DNA from: Rhizophagus irregularis
Lineage: Eukaryota
Assembly: GCF_026210795.1 (NCBI RefSeq)
Contig: NC_089434.1
Coordinates: 5,208,001-5,272,000, forward strand
Direction: 5' to 3'
DNA: 64,000 nt
Shown here: positions 1 through 10,893 of the stretch, in pieces
Numbering within the stretch: position 1 is the stretch's first letter
Layout of the letters: every line of letters begins with the position of its first letter
Translations under genes and position numbers: made by a program
The notes under the pieces: generated by a model
The model's input: only the letters and a program-made list of their open reading frames with translations
The model's database searches: none
What the model was told of the DNA's origin: nothing

Positions 1-166
1 TTTCAGTTTCAGTAATTTCAGTTTCTCTTTCAGCCATTTCTGTTGTTATTTCACTATCTCTTTCTTCATATTCCTCATCCTCATAATCAATAAAAATTTG
101 ATCCTCTATAAAGGATTCATATGGAAAAGAGTTGTAATTATCCTCTTGTTCTTGCTCTTCAGCCAT
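1..166 (-). CDS. Partial acidic N-terminus, probably of the hAT transposase
   Basis: ATG at 166-164; open frame MAEEQEQEDNYNSFPYESFIEDQIFIDYEDEEYEERDSE... to the window edge, downstream of the TIR. Confidence 0.4.
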   Translation of the reverse strand, partial: MAEEQEQEDNYNSFPYESFIEDQIFIDYEDEEYEERDSEITTEMAERETEITETE

Positions 167-701
167 AATTCAAAAAAAGAAAAAAAAAATTTAATAAAAA
201 AAAAAATTGCGATGGGAAAATTTTTTAACTACTGTGCAAGTTTGAACACAGTGATGCATTTTTGCATAAATACAACTAGTTTTATCATGCTTAACTCATA
301 TTTAGCTAAAAGGTTATGAGTACCAAGTGTTTGATTAAACGAAAATGATCATATGATTGTCACTAATACAATAATAGTAAGTGCATGACGTATGTGATGA
401 TCATAAATCCAGGTGATTTGTAAAAAAAAAAATTTATATTAAAAATCATCCCAATTAGTGTTCATTTATAAAACAAGGCTATTCCTAATAAAGTTAAGGA
501 AGAAAATCTTTTTTTATTTGCAAAAAAAAGAAAAAAGACCGATCGGTCTTAAAAAGACTGCGGTCCTTAAAAAGACCGACGGTCTTATTATATGCGATAC
601 AGGACCGAAAGACCGTGGTCCTACACTAAGACGGACTGGTCCGTCTTTTTATGGTGTAGGACCGTAGGATCACGGTCTTCTAGAACCGATGACCATCCTT
701 A
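1..701 (-). mobile_element. 5' end of a hAT-like DNA transposon inserted into the gag gene (runs off the window)
   Basis: Minus-strand terminus TAAGGATGGTCATCGGTTC (TAGGGATG-type) ends at 701, with subterminal GACCG/CGGTC repeats at 537-690. Gag coding frame resumes abruptly at 702. Confidence 0.6.
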
Positions 702-1797
702 ACTGGTGCTGATATTATTCCAAATGGTACTTGGGATGAAGACTGGTCCATAGCTGGTGGCGAACTTGTAGATAATGCACCAGTGGCACCTAATGCTGGT
801 GGTGGTTTACCTGTTGTTACAATTGCTCCTGGCATCAAACTTGGTCAACTTCTTTACTTATTTAGAACTGCCTATACAACAGTTGAACACTTAAAACAGA
901 CGGCAGTTTTCGGTCAGCTCATGCAAGGTGATATGTCAGTTGAGCAGTTTTCTGCCCGAATTAAAAAGGTTGGTAAATTGGCTGAAATGACTCCGGAATA
1001 GCAAAGAGAGCAATTTATTCGTGGCTTAAATCCTATGAACCAATATAATATTCAAATAATGGCTAAATTTTATGATACACAGGATAATATTACAAAAGCT
1101 CTGGCCGAAGCAGAAAAATTTACATTATCTCAAAAGAGTGCACCATCTTCTCTTCCTATTTTTCCGACAGCCAATCCATATGCAGATACTAACAGATCAG
1201 GGGGGTGGGATGACTAAAAATGAAATCGAGGACTTGATAAAAACTACAATGGCTTCCTCACAGCCTCAAACAGCTCAACAAAACACCGATTTACAATCTT
1301 CTATTAAATTATTGCAGGAGACTATGTCTCAAGTGACTAAGACTCTAGATAATAGTAAAAAATCGGCCAATAAGAGAGGGAAAGACCTTATTATTAGACG
1401 ATTTTTAAGTGAGCTACTAAGGACAAAATCAAATAAGCAACCTGAAAATGATTATAATTATGACCCTGTGAATAATATTACTGACAGTATGGCCGGGATG
1501 ACACTAAATAGTGCCACAATAAATGCTATCAAATCCGCCGTTAAAAGTGCCGTTAAGAAATGTTCTAAGTGCGGTAGATTTGGACACACTTCTCGTAAGT
1601 GCTCTGTAAAGAAAAAAAAGAAAAGTAAGAAGTCTAAAAAGGGTAAGGTTAATCTCGCTATAGAACTAGATTCAGATTCAGATTCTTCTTCCAATACCTC
1701 ATCTAATGATAGTTCTAATTCTGATTCAAGTTCAGATGATTCTTCCGATTCTGGAGGCGATATTACTGTTAATATTGCCAAGACAAAAAAAAAGTGA
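702..1797 (+). pseudogene. gag: Retrotransposon-type Gag (capsid-like domain + CCHC zinc knuckle), 5'-truncated
   Basis: LMQGDMSVEQFSARIKK...(Q)REQFIRGLNP resembles Ty3/Gypsy Retrotrans_gag; knuckle CSKCGRFGHTSRKC followed by basic and Ser/Asp tails. Premature TAG at 999-1001 and a frameshift in the G-run at ~1200-1210. Confidence 0.8.
1785..1797 (+). promoter_or_regulatory. Putative -1 ribosomal frameshift site (A9-GTGA), gag to protease
   Basis: AAAAAAAAAGTGA: gag stop TGA at 1795-1797 overlaps the -1 frame protease ORF. Confidence 0.6.
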
Positions 1798-2602
1798 AGA
1801 AGGGGAGTGAATCTGAGAAATTATCCTCTAAAGAGATATCTAGTGCCAAGCTGAGAGAAATACCACTAGAGAAGACTATTCGTAAAGTCCTTTATAGTGA
1901 GCTTAAACTAATCTTCCCCCCACATTTTTTCCAAGATTCTGGTCTCATTGCGTCCAAACAGATAGTGGCTTCTACGGAGGCAAAGATAGTATCCCAAAAT
2001 GATGTATCATCATCTTCAAAAGATTCGGATGAGTCCAGTCTGGAAGAGGAGTCTTTAGATGATCCTATGGAGATCAACTTCGTCAAGAAGAAGGAGCCGA
2101 AAACCAGTGTTGCCACTATAAAGTGCAAAATCAGGCGCTTGAAGATTCCAGCCATGAATCTAGACTCCGGAGCTGAGCCTCCAATTATAACGAAAAACAT
2201 TGTTGATCGTACTAAGGACAAAATAGATAAATCTGAAAAACATGACCTTAGCGGTGTAGCTACTGTCCCGATTGAATCTATTGGTATTGTCCACAATCTA
2301 CCCATTACTCTAGCTCCTGGGTGCATCATTTATGAAGATTTTGTAGTTGTAGATTATCACAAGCCAACGCTAATATTTTCTAATCAACTCCTAAAGAAAT
2401 ATGGATGCGCAGTGGATTGGAATACAAATGAGCTAAAGATCCTTCTTAATGGGAAGGACTATATTATCCCGGTCACTATGCATAAGGTCAAGAACAAGCT
2501 TGAGGTGAATTGTGCGACCACTACTTCGAATGTGATGATCTGTCAACTCCAGACTGCATTTCGCAAGATTTAAGCGAAGATGGTACATTAAAAAAAAAGT
2601 GA
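1794..2602 (+). CDS. Retropepsin-like aspartic protease in the -1 frame relative to gag
   Basis: Catalytic LDSGAEPPII motif, then IGIVHNLPITL and LIFSNQLLKKYGCAVDW. Annotated ORF 1794-2573; a probable 1-nt lesion near 2527 hides the inferred end ...DLSEDGTLKKK* at 2602. Confidence 0.8.
2590..2602 (+). promoter_or_regulatory. Second putative -1 frameshift site (A9-GTGA)
   Basis: Identical 13-mer; its -1 frame reads VSYKELEKMLYSTLKYNSEINEFCESLLRK* to 2691. Confidence 0.45.
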
Positions 2603-2680
2603 GTTATAAGGAACTTGAAAAAATGCTATATAGCACTCTTAAGTATAATTCAGAAATCAATGAGTTTTGCGAAAGTCTTC

Positions 2681-3205
2681 TTAGGAAATAGGCAAGTTAT
2701 TTTCAGGATAACACTTCTTTTTTTCATCTAAAATTTTTGTGCTTTTTTTCACCATTTTCTTATACAATGCATCCATATTGTTTGTATCCTTCTTTGAAGC
2801 TGGGATTGGTTGAGTCTCAATAGATGATGCTGACAAAGCTAACGTGGAATTAGACTTTGACTTCTTTCCTCCAGTCTTTTTTTTCTTGCTATCGGAAATG
2901 ATGTCACATTCACCGTGATTCTCTGAGGAAATATTTGGAGGACCTAAAAGATCGTTCTTAAAGTGAACTATATCGTCATGGTTTGATGGCTCCGGTAACA
3001 TATCTGCTAATACATATTCCCCACTCTGTTGTAGACGTTCACAATCGTCTTATATATCAGAGACGCGATCTTTATTAATATGGTAGTTCCTTACTATCAT
3101 ATATGCAGGAACCTTATTTTTAAGGCATCTAATTTCTTCGATCTGCTCAGGCGTTAAAATACTAGCACCTCATCGATAATGAGTTTTTAAAAATCGGCTA
3201 GGCAT
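2681..3205 (-). pseudogene. Small protein with N-terminal HTH-like motif, two premature stops
   Basis: MPSRFLKTHYR*GASILTPEQIEEIRCLKNKVPAYMIVRNYHINKDRVSDI*DDCERLQQ continues in frame into ORF 2681-3001. Confidence 0.55.
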
Positions 3206-3236
3206 AATTCCTCCAGTAATTTCTAGCAATATTTTA

Positions 3237-3355
3237 GAACGATAAAAAAATATAAAAAACAATATTTATGTTTTTTGAACGATAAAAAACAATATTTATG
3301 GTTTTTGAACAATAAAAAACAATGAAAAATGATAAAAAATGATGAAAAGTGATGT
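3237..3355. repeat. ~30-bp tandem repeats in a divergent intergenic region
   Basis: About 3 copies of GAACGATAAAAAACAATATTTATG(G)TTTTT plus decayed copies. Confidence 0.7.
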
Positions 3356-3468
3356 TTCTCAATAAAGAATATTTGATATTTTATTTTGACAAGAAAAAAT
3401 AAAAAATGCCCTATAGATGAAATTTAGTTACGCGTATTTTTTTCCTGCCATATAACCATGCCAAGATT

Positions 3469-4491
3469 ATGTCCAATGTGCATACATTGAAAGATATAAA
3501 AAATAGAGGACATCGGCTGGGTAGTGCATATGAGCAAGAACTCGAAAAAAAATTAAGAACCGCTATCGATTTTAACTCTGAAATTACCGATTTCAATGAA
3601 AAGTTGCAGGCTGAAATTTCAGAGTATTCAGAGCGAGAGGAGGAATTTCAACGATCCTATGCTGATATTGTAAATAAAACTAGCCAGTTAAATGCGTCCA
3701 GTACTAAGGTTAGATCCCAACTTATTTCTGAACGGAAATCTCATTCCGAAAGTCAACGTGAGCTTGAAACCAAATATACTGCCGAAATCAAATTGCTCAA
3801 ATTAAATATTAAAACACTAAAGAGAGGGGGGCAACTTTAGCCCAGAAAGCTTCGTCCGCTGACAAGGTCCAGATTCTTTTTCTTGAAACTAAAATACGTG
3901 AATTGGAAGGTAAGTTGGAGGACATAGATCTAGAGCGCACATATCATGATTTGGATGCAATGGGAGGGAAGCTGGCCCAAATAAGCTCATCCAATCCTAA
4001 AGAGATTGATTCTCTCAGGCTTGAATTGGAACAGGTGAAGGAGGACCGTAATTCAAAAGAATATACAATAGAATGTATGGAAAAGGGGATAGAGTCATCA
4101 AATAGCATATTTAGACAGGAAATAGATGCTTTGTATTCAGCGCGATCAAAATTAAGGGAGGAAAATAGGGCCTTCAAGGACCAGTTAGCGTTAAAGAAAA
4201 ATACTTCATCCCAAATAATTTCGAGTGAGGGGGATTCCTTTGGAATCGGGTGGCGCAGAAGCAGTACTATTGTCCCAAGAAATACCTCTAGCACTGGCTA
4301 TTCCTGTCGTTGCGAGTTCTCTAATGTATCCGATGATAACATATTCTATGCTTGTCTTACTACTGATTGTGGTTATATGGCTCGTGGTCAGGAAATGGTG
4401 GAATCCATGGGGTATGAATGAAAAAAATGACCGATACTTCACACACGAAAAATATATAAATAGGCCGGATATTTATTATCTCAATACCTAA
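3469..4491 (+). pseudogene. Coiled-coil protein with C-terminal transmembrane segment, split by two frameshifts
   Basis: ORFs 3469-3840, 3903-4421 and 4225-4491 can be joined at G-runs (~3825, ~4228). E/K/L-rich heptads, then ITYSMLVLLLIVVIWLVVRKWW. Confidence 0.55.
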
Positions 4492-4495
4492 TCGA

Positions 4496-4891
4496 CTACC
4501 GTATAAGTACTGGCGCAAGCGGGACTTCTCTGAATTTTCTTTGGATGTGGGCTAATACCTTTTTTGATAAATCTTTGGGCAGATTTATTAATATCTTTTT
4601 AGCTTGGGCCAGTGTACATGCAAACAACCATCCAATATGGATCCGGTTACCTCCCTTACCATTGTAACCGTGTTGTAGTAAATATTGATAGTCATCCATT
4701 ACGATATCTCTCATCCCTTCCTGATCTGCTATTATTTTGCGAAATAACCATCTATCATCTTCTGTGATCGGGAGATGGATTTTGTTGAGTTCGAAGCCTA
4801 TGTACTGGGAAACTTGGTCACGTAGTTCGGCCATTATACCAATAAAGCTTATCTTTAAAATATGTGGATTTTTCAGCTGATCGTATCTCAA
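4496..4891 (-). CDS. Hypothetical protein of the virus-like element
   Basis: Intact 131-codon ORF with globular composition (probable start MAELRDQ...), co-oriented downstream of polB. Confidence 0.5.
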   Translation of the reverse strand: MRYDQLKNPHILKISFIGIMAELRDQVSQYIGFELNKIHLPITEDDRWLFRKIIADQEGMRDIVMDDYQYLLQHGYNGKGGNRIHIGWLFACTLAQAKKILINLPKDLSKKVLAHIQRKFREVPLAPVLIR

Positions 4892-5107
4892 GGATACGGT
4901 TTTGCCAAATTAAAATACTAATGATCATCTCCGGGCTATATGATCGGAGGCCGGAATATTGTACAAGAAAAAAAAATATATAAATATTATTAAACGACTA
5001 AGTTTTTTTAGCTGAAATTGCCACATCCCGCTAAGAGTACTTATTCATATAATTCGATGATCTCGTCTATATCCGCTTCGGACGAATTATCGAAATACCT
5101 AGAAAGT

Positions 5108-8100
5108 TCATTGTAAGCCTTTTATATATTTTTTAAGCCATTTTGTTGCCTCATCCTGGGAATATTTGTTGGTCTGCTTTTCCTTTTCATCCGAATATTT
5201 AAGTTGCATAATTTTATGTGAAGGTGGTGGTTGGTATCTATCATCCTCATTGATAAAGCGTGCGCACATTCCAACCGTAGTGTCTAAATAATAATTGATA
5301 TCTATTTCCATGTTTTTCTCTTTTGCTATACCCGCATACTCCATATAATCCCCAACTCTATATGGTATTAACCGGCCTTTCTCATTGCGAAGACGGGGAC
5401 CCTTCACAACGACATAGCTAAAGCGTTCGCCAGGATCGGGAATCCTCTCATTTTTCTCCCTCATACGTTCCATAAAGCGATTGTTGCAGAGATTTTTTTT
5501 CTTAGGCTTCCATGTACCCATTACAATAAAATCATTGAAATCCCATTCCTTGTTCCGGGCTTCTCTAAGAGTATCTTCAACAATATCGTGAATTGAGCGT
5601 GTATTATTAATATCCATAGCCTCTCTCATAATTTTCTCTCTGATGAATTTGAGAAGCTGGGATTTACCTTGCTTTACAGTTTCTATCCCTTTCATGAAAA
5701 GGTTTTTCAGCTTAAAGTTTACTATATCTTCATGTCCGACTCCAAAGTACTTCTTTTTGCCAGTAAAGCAGACAGGAAATAATACCTCTTCGTAAGCCAT
5801 CTTTAGATAAGAGGTCCCACTTTTTATCCTAAGATAAGCATTTATCTGATCGCGCAACTTTTTCATCACATCCATAGTAATTTTGACCATTTCGGTTCAG
5901 TACGCTTCTTTGGATAGTTCTTTTCTAGAGAAGGCTTCATCGCATTTTTCAAAATACTTATCTGGACAGGTAAGATACAAAGAATCAGTATCCCCATATT
6001 TGATTCCAAAGCTTTTCTTTTCCACATATTCTGCAACAAGTTTGATATTGTATTTACCAGCGGAAGTGGTTCCTCCGGCCAATGCACGGAGAAAGATTGA
6101 AGATAATGGGTTTCCAGCCTCTCCATAAAAGGTATTCATAAATAGCTTGACAGCTTTCTGCTTTGAATTCAAGCAGTCATATTCGAAGCAAAGAGATTTA
6201 TATTCTAAATCTAACTTCTCAGGAATTCTTTTACCCTTTTCTTTCACCGAACTTATTATCTTTCCAAGTTGATCCTTCTTCTTTCCTAATGAGGCAAGTT
6301 GCGCTTTAAGTTCTTGTCTCATCGCAGATAATTCCTCTAATACGGCCGGGTATAAACCTTTCTTCTCAGATCGATTATCATGTCTTATGCACCAAGCTTG
6401 AATAGTGCGCTTATTGAATGGAAAGCTAATCTCGTGTAAACCATTCCCATTCTTTTTTATAATGACAGCCTCCTCTGGATTAAATATAAATTTTTCTGGA
6501 GAGAGGTTATAGGCCATAATAAGGCTTGGATATAAAGATGCAAAATCCAAACCCGTTACCGGCCTTTTCGTCTCGATACCTTTTTTAGGTGGAAAAACAT
6601 ATGCACTGGGATACTTACCCTTTTCCACCTTTTCAGGTATCCTTGCGCTAAATAGCATATCACGTTTAAAAGCATAAGCGCCTAGAAGGTTTCGTACCTT
6701 CATTCCATTTGCGCGATAGTGTGAGTCGAATAAAGATATATAAGCTATAGAAGCGACTTCTCTGTATTCATTTATTTGACTTAGCTTTACCAAAAGCTCC
6801 TGGCAATGTAGTGCATCTATAATACAGCAGTAATATGCTACTTCTCACATCTTTCTCGCAGTTGACGAGGAGGGGCTTTTTTTTGCCTCTGAATAAATTT
6901 TCCACATTTTATCGTATGGCATATCGGCTTTAGCGTCAAGACCACATTTTTGTAAGAAGAATTTAAGTGAGCCTTCCTTTTCAACTTCAGAACGGGGATA
7001 ACGCTTTTTGAGACAAACTCTAACGTCAATTGGTACACATCCCGGCAGTTTAAGGAAGCTGGAAAAGAAATTATCTTTCGCAGAAATTTTGATCATAGTC
7101 GGACCACCCAGAAATTCTTTGACTTCTGTATCCTCCTCCCCATTCTCAAGAATGTGGAGAGTATTATCACTATCTGTGTTCACACTATTCTTTTTCCTTT
7201 CTTTCTTCTTAAAAGTATTTTCAGATTTTGCTCCTATCTTTTCGCGATATTTCCACTTTAGAATTTCTTCCTTCGTTTTAAACTTTCCTGTCATCCGCTC
7301 CCAGATCCATTCGAGAATGTTGAGATGATAGGCTCTTTCCATAATGAAACGCCAATCATAGTCTGAATCGTTAAACCCAACTTGGATGTCAGGAACAAAT
7401 GCTCTCCAGCAGAGAGCGAATGCCTTTAGCAGATTTTCTTGGTTTCCACATACGATTGTGGTCCAGCGTGGATCTGGTTCTGTCTCAATGTCGACAAGAC
7501 ATATTTGCTTTAGCGGTTTTGGATCATCTTTCCAATGCAGTGTCATGCAAATCATAAAGACATTTTGTTTTAGATTAAGGACTTCGGCAAATTCACCCAA
7601 CTCTTGTGATTGTGTTTCTATATCCCATGTGAGGACAACAGTACGATCCCTTCTGAGTGCTGAAATAGGGAAGCGATCAGTTATCGTAGTAAGGTCTTTA
7701 ACGGGTTGAAAATATTTTTTAGATAAGTAAAATGTGTGGGGGCAGAGAGGGTCAATCCTTTTCTTGTACATGTAATTGCCCAGCATAGACCACCCAGAAA
7801 GTTGAATTCCATTTTCTCGAGCCACTTTACGGTGGAATGAATATAAATCATCTGAAGCAGTTTCGTAATTATTATCTTGGACGGCCTTAATGGCTGTTTT
7901 TCTTTTACCGGTACCACTCATATAGATTCGTAAATATGTCTTTTTTTCCGTATGATAACCCTGAAAAGGGAAAGCTTTAATATGCTCAATTTTTTGAGTC
8001 GCCACCTCCCCAGAGAGAATATCCCTTACTTTCATTTCGCATTCATCTGGAATCTCTCCGTCTGGAACAAGAACGTCAAAGAAAACCTGAATTCCCAAAA

Positions 8101-8428
8101 GGGTTACTATTGCTTTTTGGCCATTAATGAGAGAACCGTAGAGCCGTAATACATAGCAATACTTTCCATTTATTTTTTAGCTGGATCCTTCATTATCAGT
8201 GGCCATGAATGGTATTTCTTGGCAATTGAATAGAGCGTCTTCAAGGATTGCGGTTAATCCCTCATCATTTTCTGCAACTATATTATCTCGAGTTGGGATA
8301 TCCGACAAGTATTTTTCACCGGAATAGCGAATTACCTGGCCTTCTGTTTTATCTTTTTCGGCCTCTGGATGAAAAAAGGCGGGGGCATCGGAGGAGAGGA
8401 ACTCTGAAAGCTCAGAATGTTCAGTCAT
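5108..8428 (-). pseudogene. polB: Family B DNA polymerase with 3'-5' exonuclease, asfarvirus/NCLDV-like (~1106 aa)
   Basis: Four ORFs in one frame separated by stops at 8177-79, 6845-47 and 5897-99. Exo WDIET, GFNDSDYDW, YYCCIIDA; Pol [57 protein letters not shown] closely matches my recollection of ASFV G1211R. Confidence 0.92.
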
Positions 8429-8541
8429 AGTAAAAATTTTCAGATATGTTATTTAGTATACCTGGGATTTGGTATATAATACCCTTGTAAAAAAGTTTAA
8501 ATATTATTATAGACAGTAAAGATTAACTGGAATAATATCAA

Positions 8542-8760
8542 ATGGGAGCCGAATATATTTGCCAGTATCTCTCCGATGAAGGGATTATTTGTGGAGGTGG
8601 AAGTACGCGACCAGAAGGGTGTAGTATTCACTGGAAAAGACGCCAGCGATCTCTATGCAAACAAGATGGGTGTATAAGACCGACAGCATCAAAATATGGG
8701 TATTGTAATTGGCATGTAAGTAAATGCCATTCGAAAGCAAATTATCTGAAAAGAAGATAA
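8542..8760 (+). CDS. Small protein with two C3H zinc-finger-like motifs, divergent from polB
   Basis: C-x9-C-x9-C-x2-H and C-x4-C-x10-C-x2-H; ATG lies 113 bp from the polB ATG. Confidence 0.6.
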   Translation: MGAEYICQYLSDEGIICGGGSTRPEGCSIHWKRRQRSLCKQDGCIRPTASKYGYCNWHVSKCHSKANYLKRR

Positions 8761-8832
8761 ATAAGATGTTTTGGGATGGGCAAACGCAGAAGCATTAGAA
8801 CAGGCTCTTGATAAAATGTTGCAACAAGTTAA

Positions 8833-9215
8833 GTTGTTTCCTAGAAAGTTGTACCTAGCGAAAATTTTCTGGGAACGCTTCGAAGGAACGCTAAAAAGTA
8901 GGCTTTTTGACGATTTTAGAATTCTGGGAAGTCTTCAGGTGGGTGTCCCTAGTGTCCCTAACGTCCCTATGAAAAATCGAAACTTCTAAACTTTTTTTAT
9001 TTTTTAGCATATGTATATTACACATATCATCCATATAGTATCTATATACTACCCATATAGCATACATATATAGTATAGGATAAGTTTCGAATTTTTTCCT
9101 ATAACTTTACTTTTACTAAGGACACTAGGGACAATCATAAGAACATAATCAGTAAACTTAAAACCCCCAAAATCGATATCATAGTTGTTCCTAGAAAGTG
9201 TCCTCAGAAAATTTT
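8833..9215. repeat. Nested direct and inverted repeats (origin-like)
   Basis: TGTCCCTAGTGTCC (8944-8957) inverted at 9120-9133; AAAAATCGAAACTT (8972-8985) inverted at ~9082-9096; TTCCTAGAAAGT direct repeat near 8838 and 9188. Confidence 0.65.
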
Positions 9216-9994
9216 ACAGTGACATTTCAGACACCCAAAAAATTTGCATACACACTGCCTCGACCCAGCATTAAACCAACATCGGACTCGTGCTTACAAC
9301 ATCCCGCCAATATACCAGCACAATAGTTTGGTTATAAGACGATGCATAAGTTATAATATTCTTTTCCCTTCCCCTAACCCTCCGATAGTTTTCACAACTA
9401 TACTAGAAAGAGTTCAAGGAAAATAGGAGCAGAAACAAGAGTAACGAAAAGGTGGCCACCCAAAGTATAAATATATATAGGAAAGAAAAAGTTTTAGCTT
9501 TGGGTAGACACCAACGATAGGCAGGAAAGGGGGTCGGAGAGGTAGAAAGTATCGAGAAGATACGCGAAAAATAGTATCCAAAGGCAGAATTATATTAGGG
9601 AAAGAAAAATAAAAGTTTTGCTTTTAGATACTATTTTCAATAGAAAGAAAAGAGGGCCAGACGCTAGTGATCCTTGAGAATCTATATGAAAAGGATATGG
9701 GAATTATGAACGGGCAATAATATACTTATTTGGCTGGCCATGATAATAGTGCTCCAAAATCAGAGCATATTTTTTTCGCCCAGTGCCAAGCCAAAAGAAA
9801 GTAAACAATGTGGTAGTACCCCAAAGTGATCGATGCAATAATAATCTAAAGTAATCATACATAGGGATACCCCAAAATAGCAACCATACAAGAAAGAGTT
9901 CTAGGAAGGCTCAGGCGAAAACTAGGGACGCGAAAAAGGATAAGTCTTCTTCGTAATCATTATATAAAATATTGGAAGAAGACTTATCCTTCCT

Positions 9995-10260
9995 AGATAT
10001 GTAGCCGGATATGATATGACAGCTAGGGTAGGCAAGAGCGCAAAATATTGGCAGAAGGCTAAGGGTCTCAAAAAATCTCTCGTCAAAAAAGAGCTATCTA
10101 TTGACATTTATGAGCGCTGTATTCTAGAAGGTGTGGAGGATAAGCCTCGGACTGCAAACTTCTTACGATGTGAAAGATTCGTTTCATATATAATCCGCCA
10201 GACAAAAAGGAGTATCAACCCACTTGACTCCAAGAGATGGATATTAAATGACCGGGTGCC
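9995..10260 (+). pseudogene. C-terminal fragment of a Polinton/Maverick-type protein-primed PolB
   Basis: QKAKGLKKSLVKKELSIDIYERCI...FLRCERFVSYIIRQTKRSINPLDSKRWILND matches the KAKG...IRS...LSPFDDKRYIL pattern of pPolB C-termini. Confidence 0.65.
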
Positions 10261-10893
10261 TCATCCGGCAATCAAGAAATGGCAAAGCAACTATGTGAGG
10301 GTGTTCCAGCATCAGAACAGTATCACGTGACTGGCACAGTAAGGCGCAGTATAGATTCGCTTAATTTTGCTTAGCACTATAATCCATATTTTTTTCCAAA
10401 ACTTTGGGACGCAATAACTCGGCATCCAGGCATCCAATTCATGCGATCTTAGCATCATTGGAAAGCTCTTAACGTCCTCTTTCAAACGACCACAAAACCG
10501 CATGAAGCTAATCACAGGAAGCCAAGATATTCTGCCCTAAAGATCGGCCAGAAATTATGTCATAGTGCTGGCCAAAATCTTATCCGCAAATTAACTGCGC
10601 CACCCAACGATTTTTTTACACCATTTCAGCAACTTAAAAGGCCAGCAAATGGGTCACACCCTCAACCTCAAATATGGCAACCAAAAGGGTCAAAGAGTGG
10701 AAAAACCAACTTTACTCTTATACAATTGTTAAAAGGCTTCAAAATGGAAAAACAAACCTCCGCCCTGTTTAGCGACCAAACAGTCACAGACCAGTGAAAA
10801 CAGATGGGTAGCAATAAAGCATCAGAAGGGGCATAGACACGTAAAAATAAGTAAGTAGGTATTAATATCTATAAGTAGGTATCACTATGGTGT

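Noticed and set aside
1458..2329. Minus-strand ORFs 1458-1781 and 1892-2329 (likewise plus-strand ORFs 7008-7709)
   Set aside because: Antisense shadows of gag, protease and polB.
702..2700. Ordinary Ty3/Gypsy LTR retrotransposon
   Set aside because: No RT (YxDD), RNase H, integrase, PPT or LTR found downstream of the protease; a convergent gene follows directly.
5108..8428. Host DNA polymerase delta/zeta gene
   Set aside because: Intronless, lacks the C-terminal CysA/CysB zinc motifs, and has viral-type motif context.
10260..10520. Degenerate minus-strand reading frame in the element's subterminal region
   Set aside because: Multiple stops and no recognisable family.
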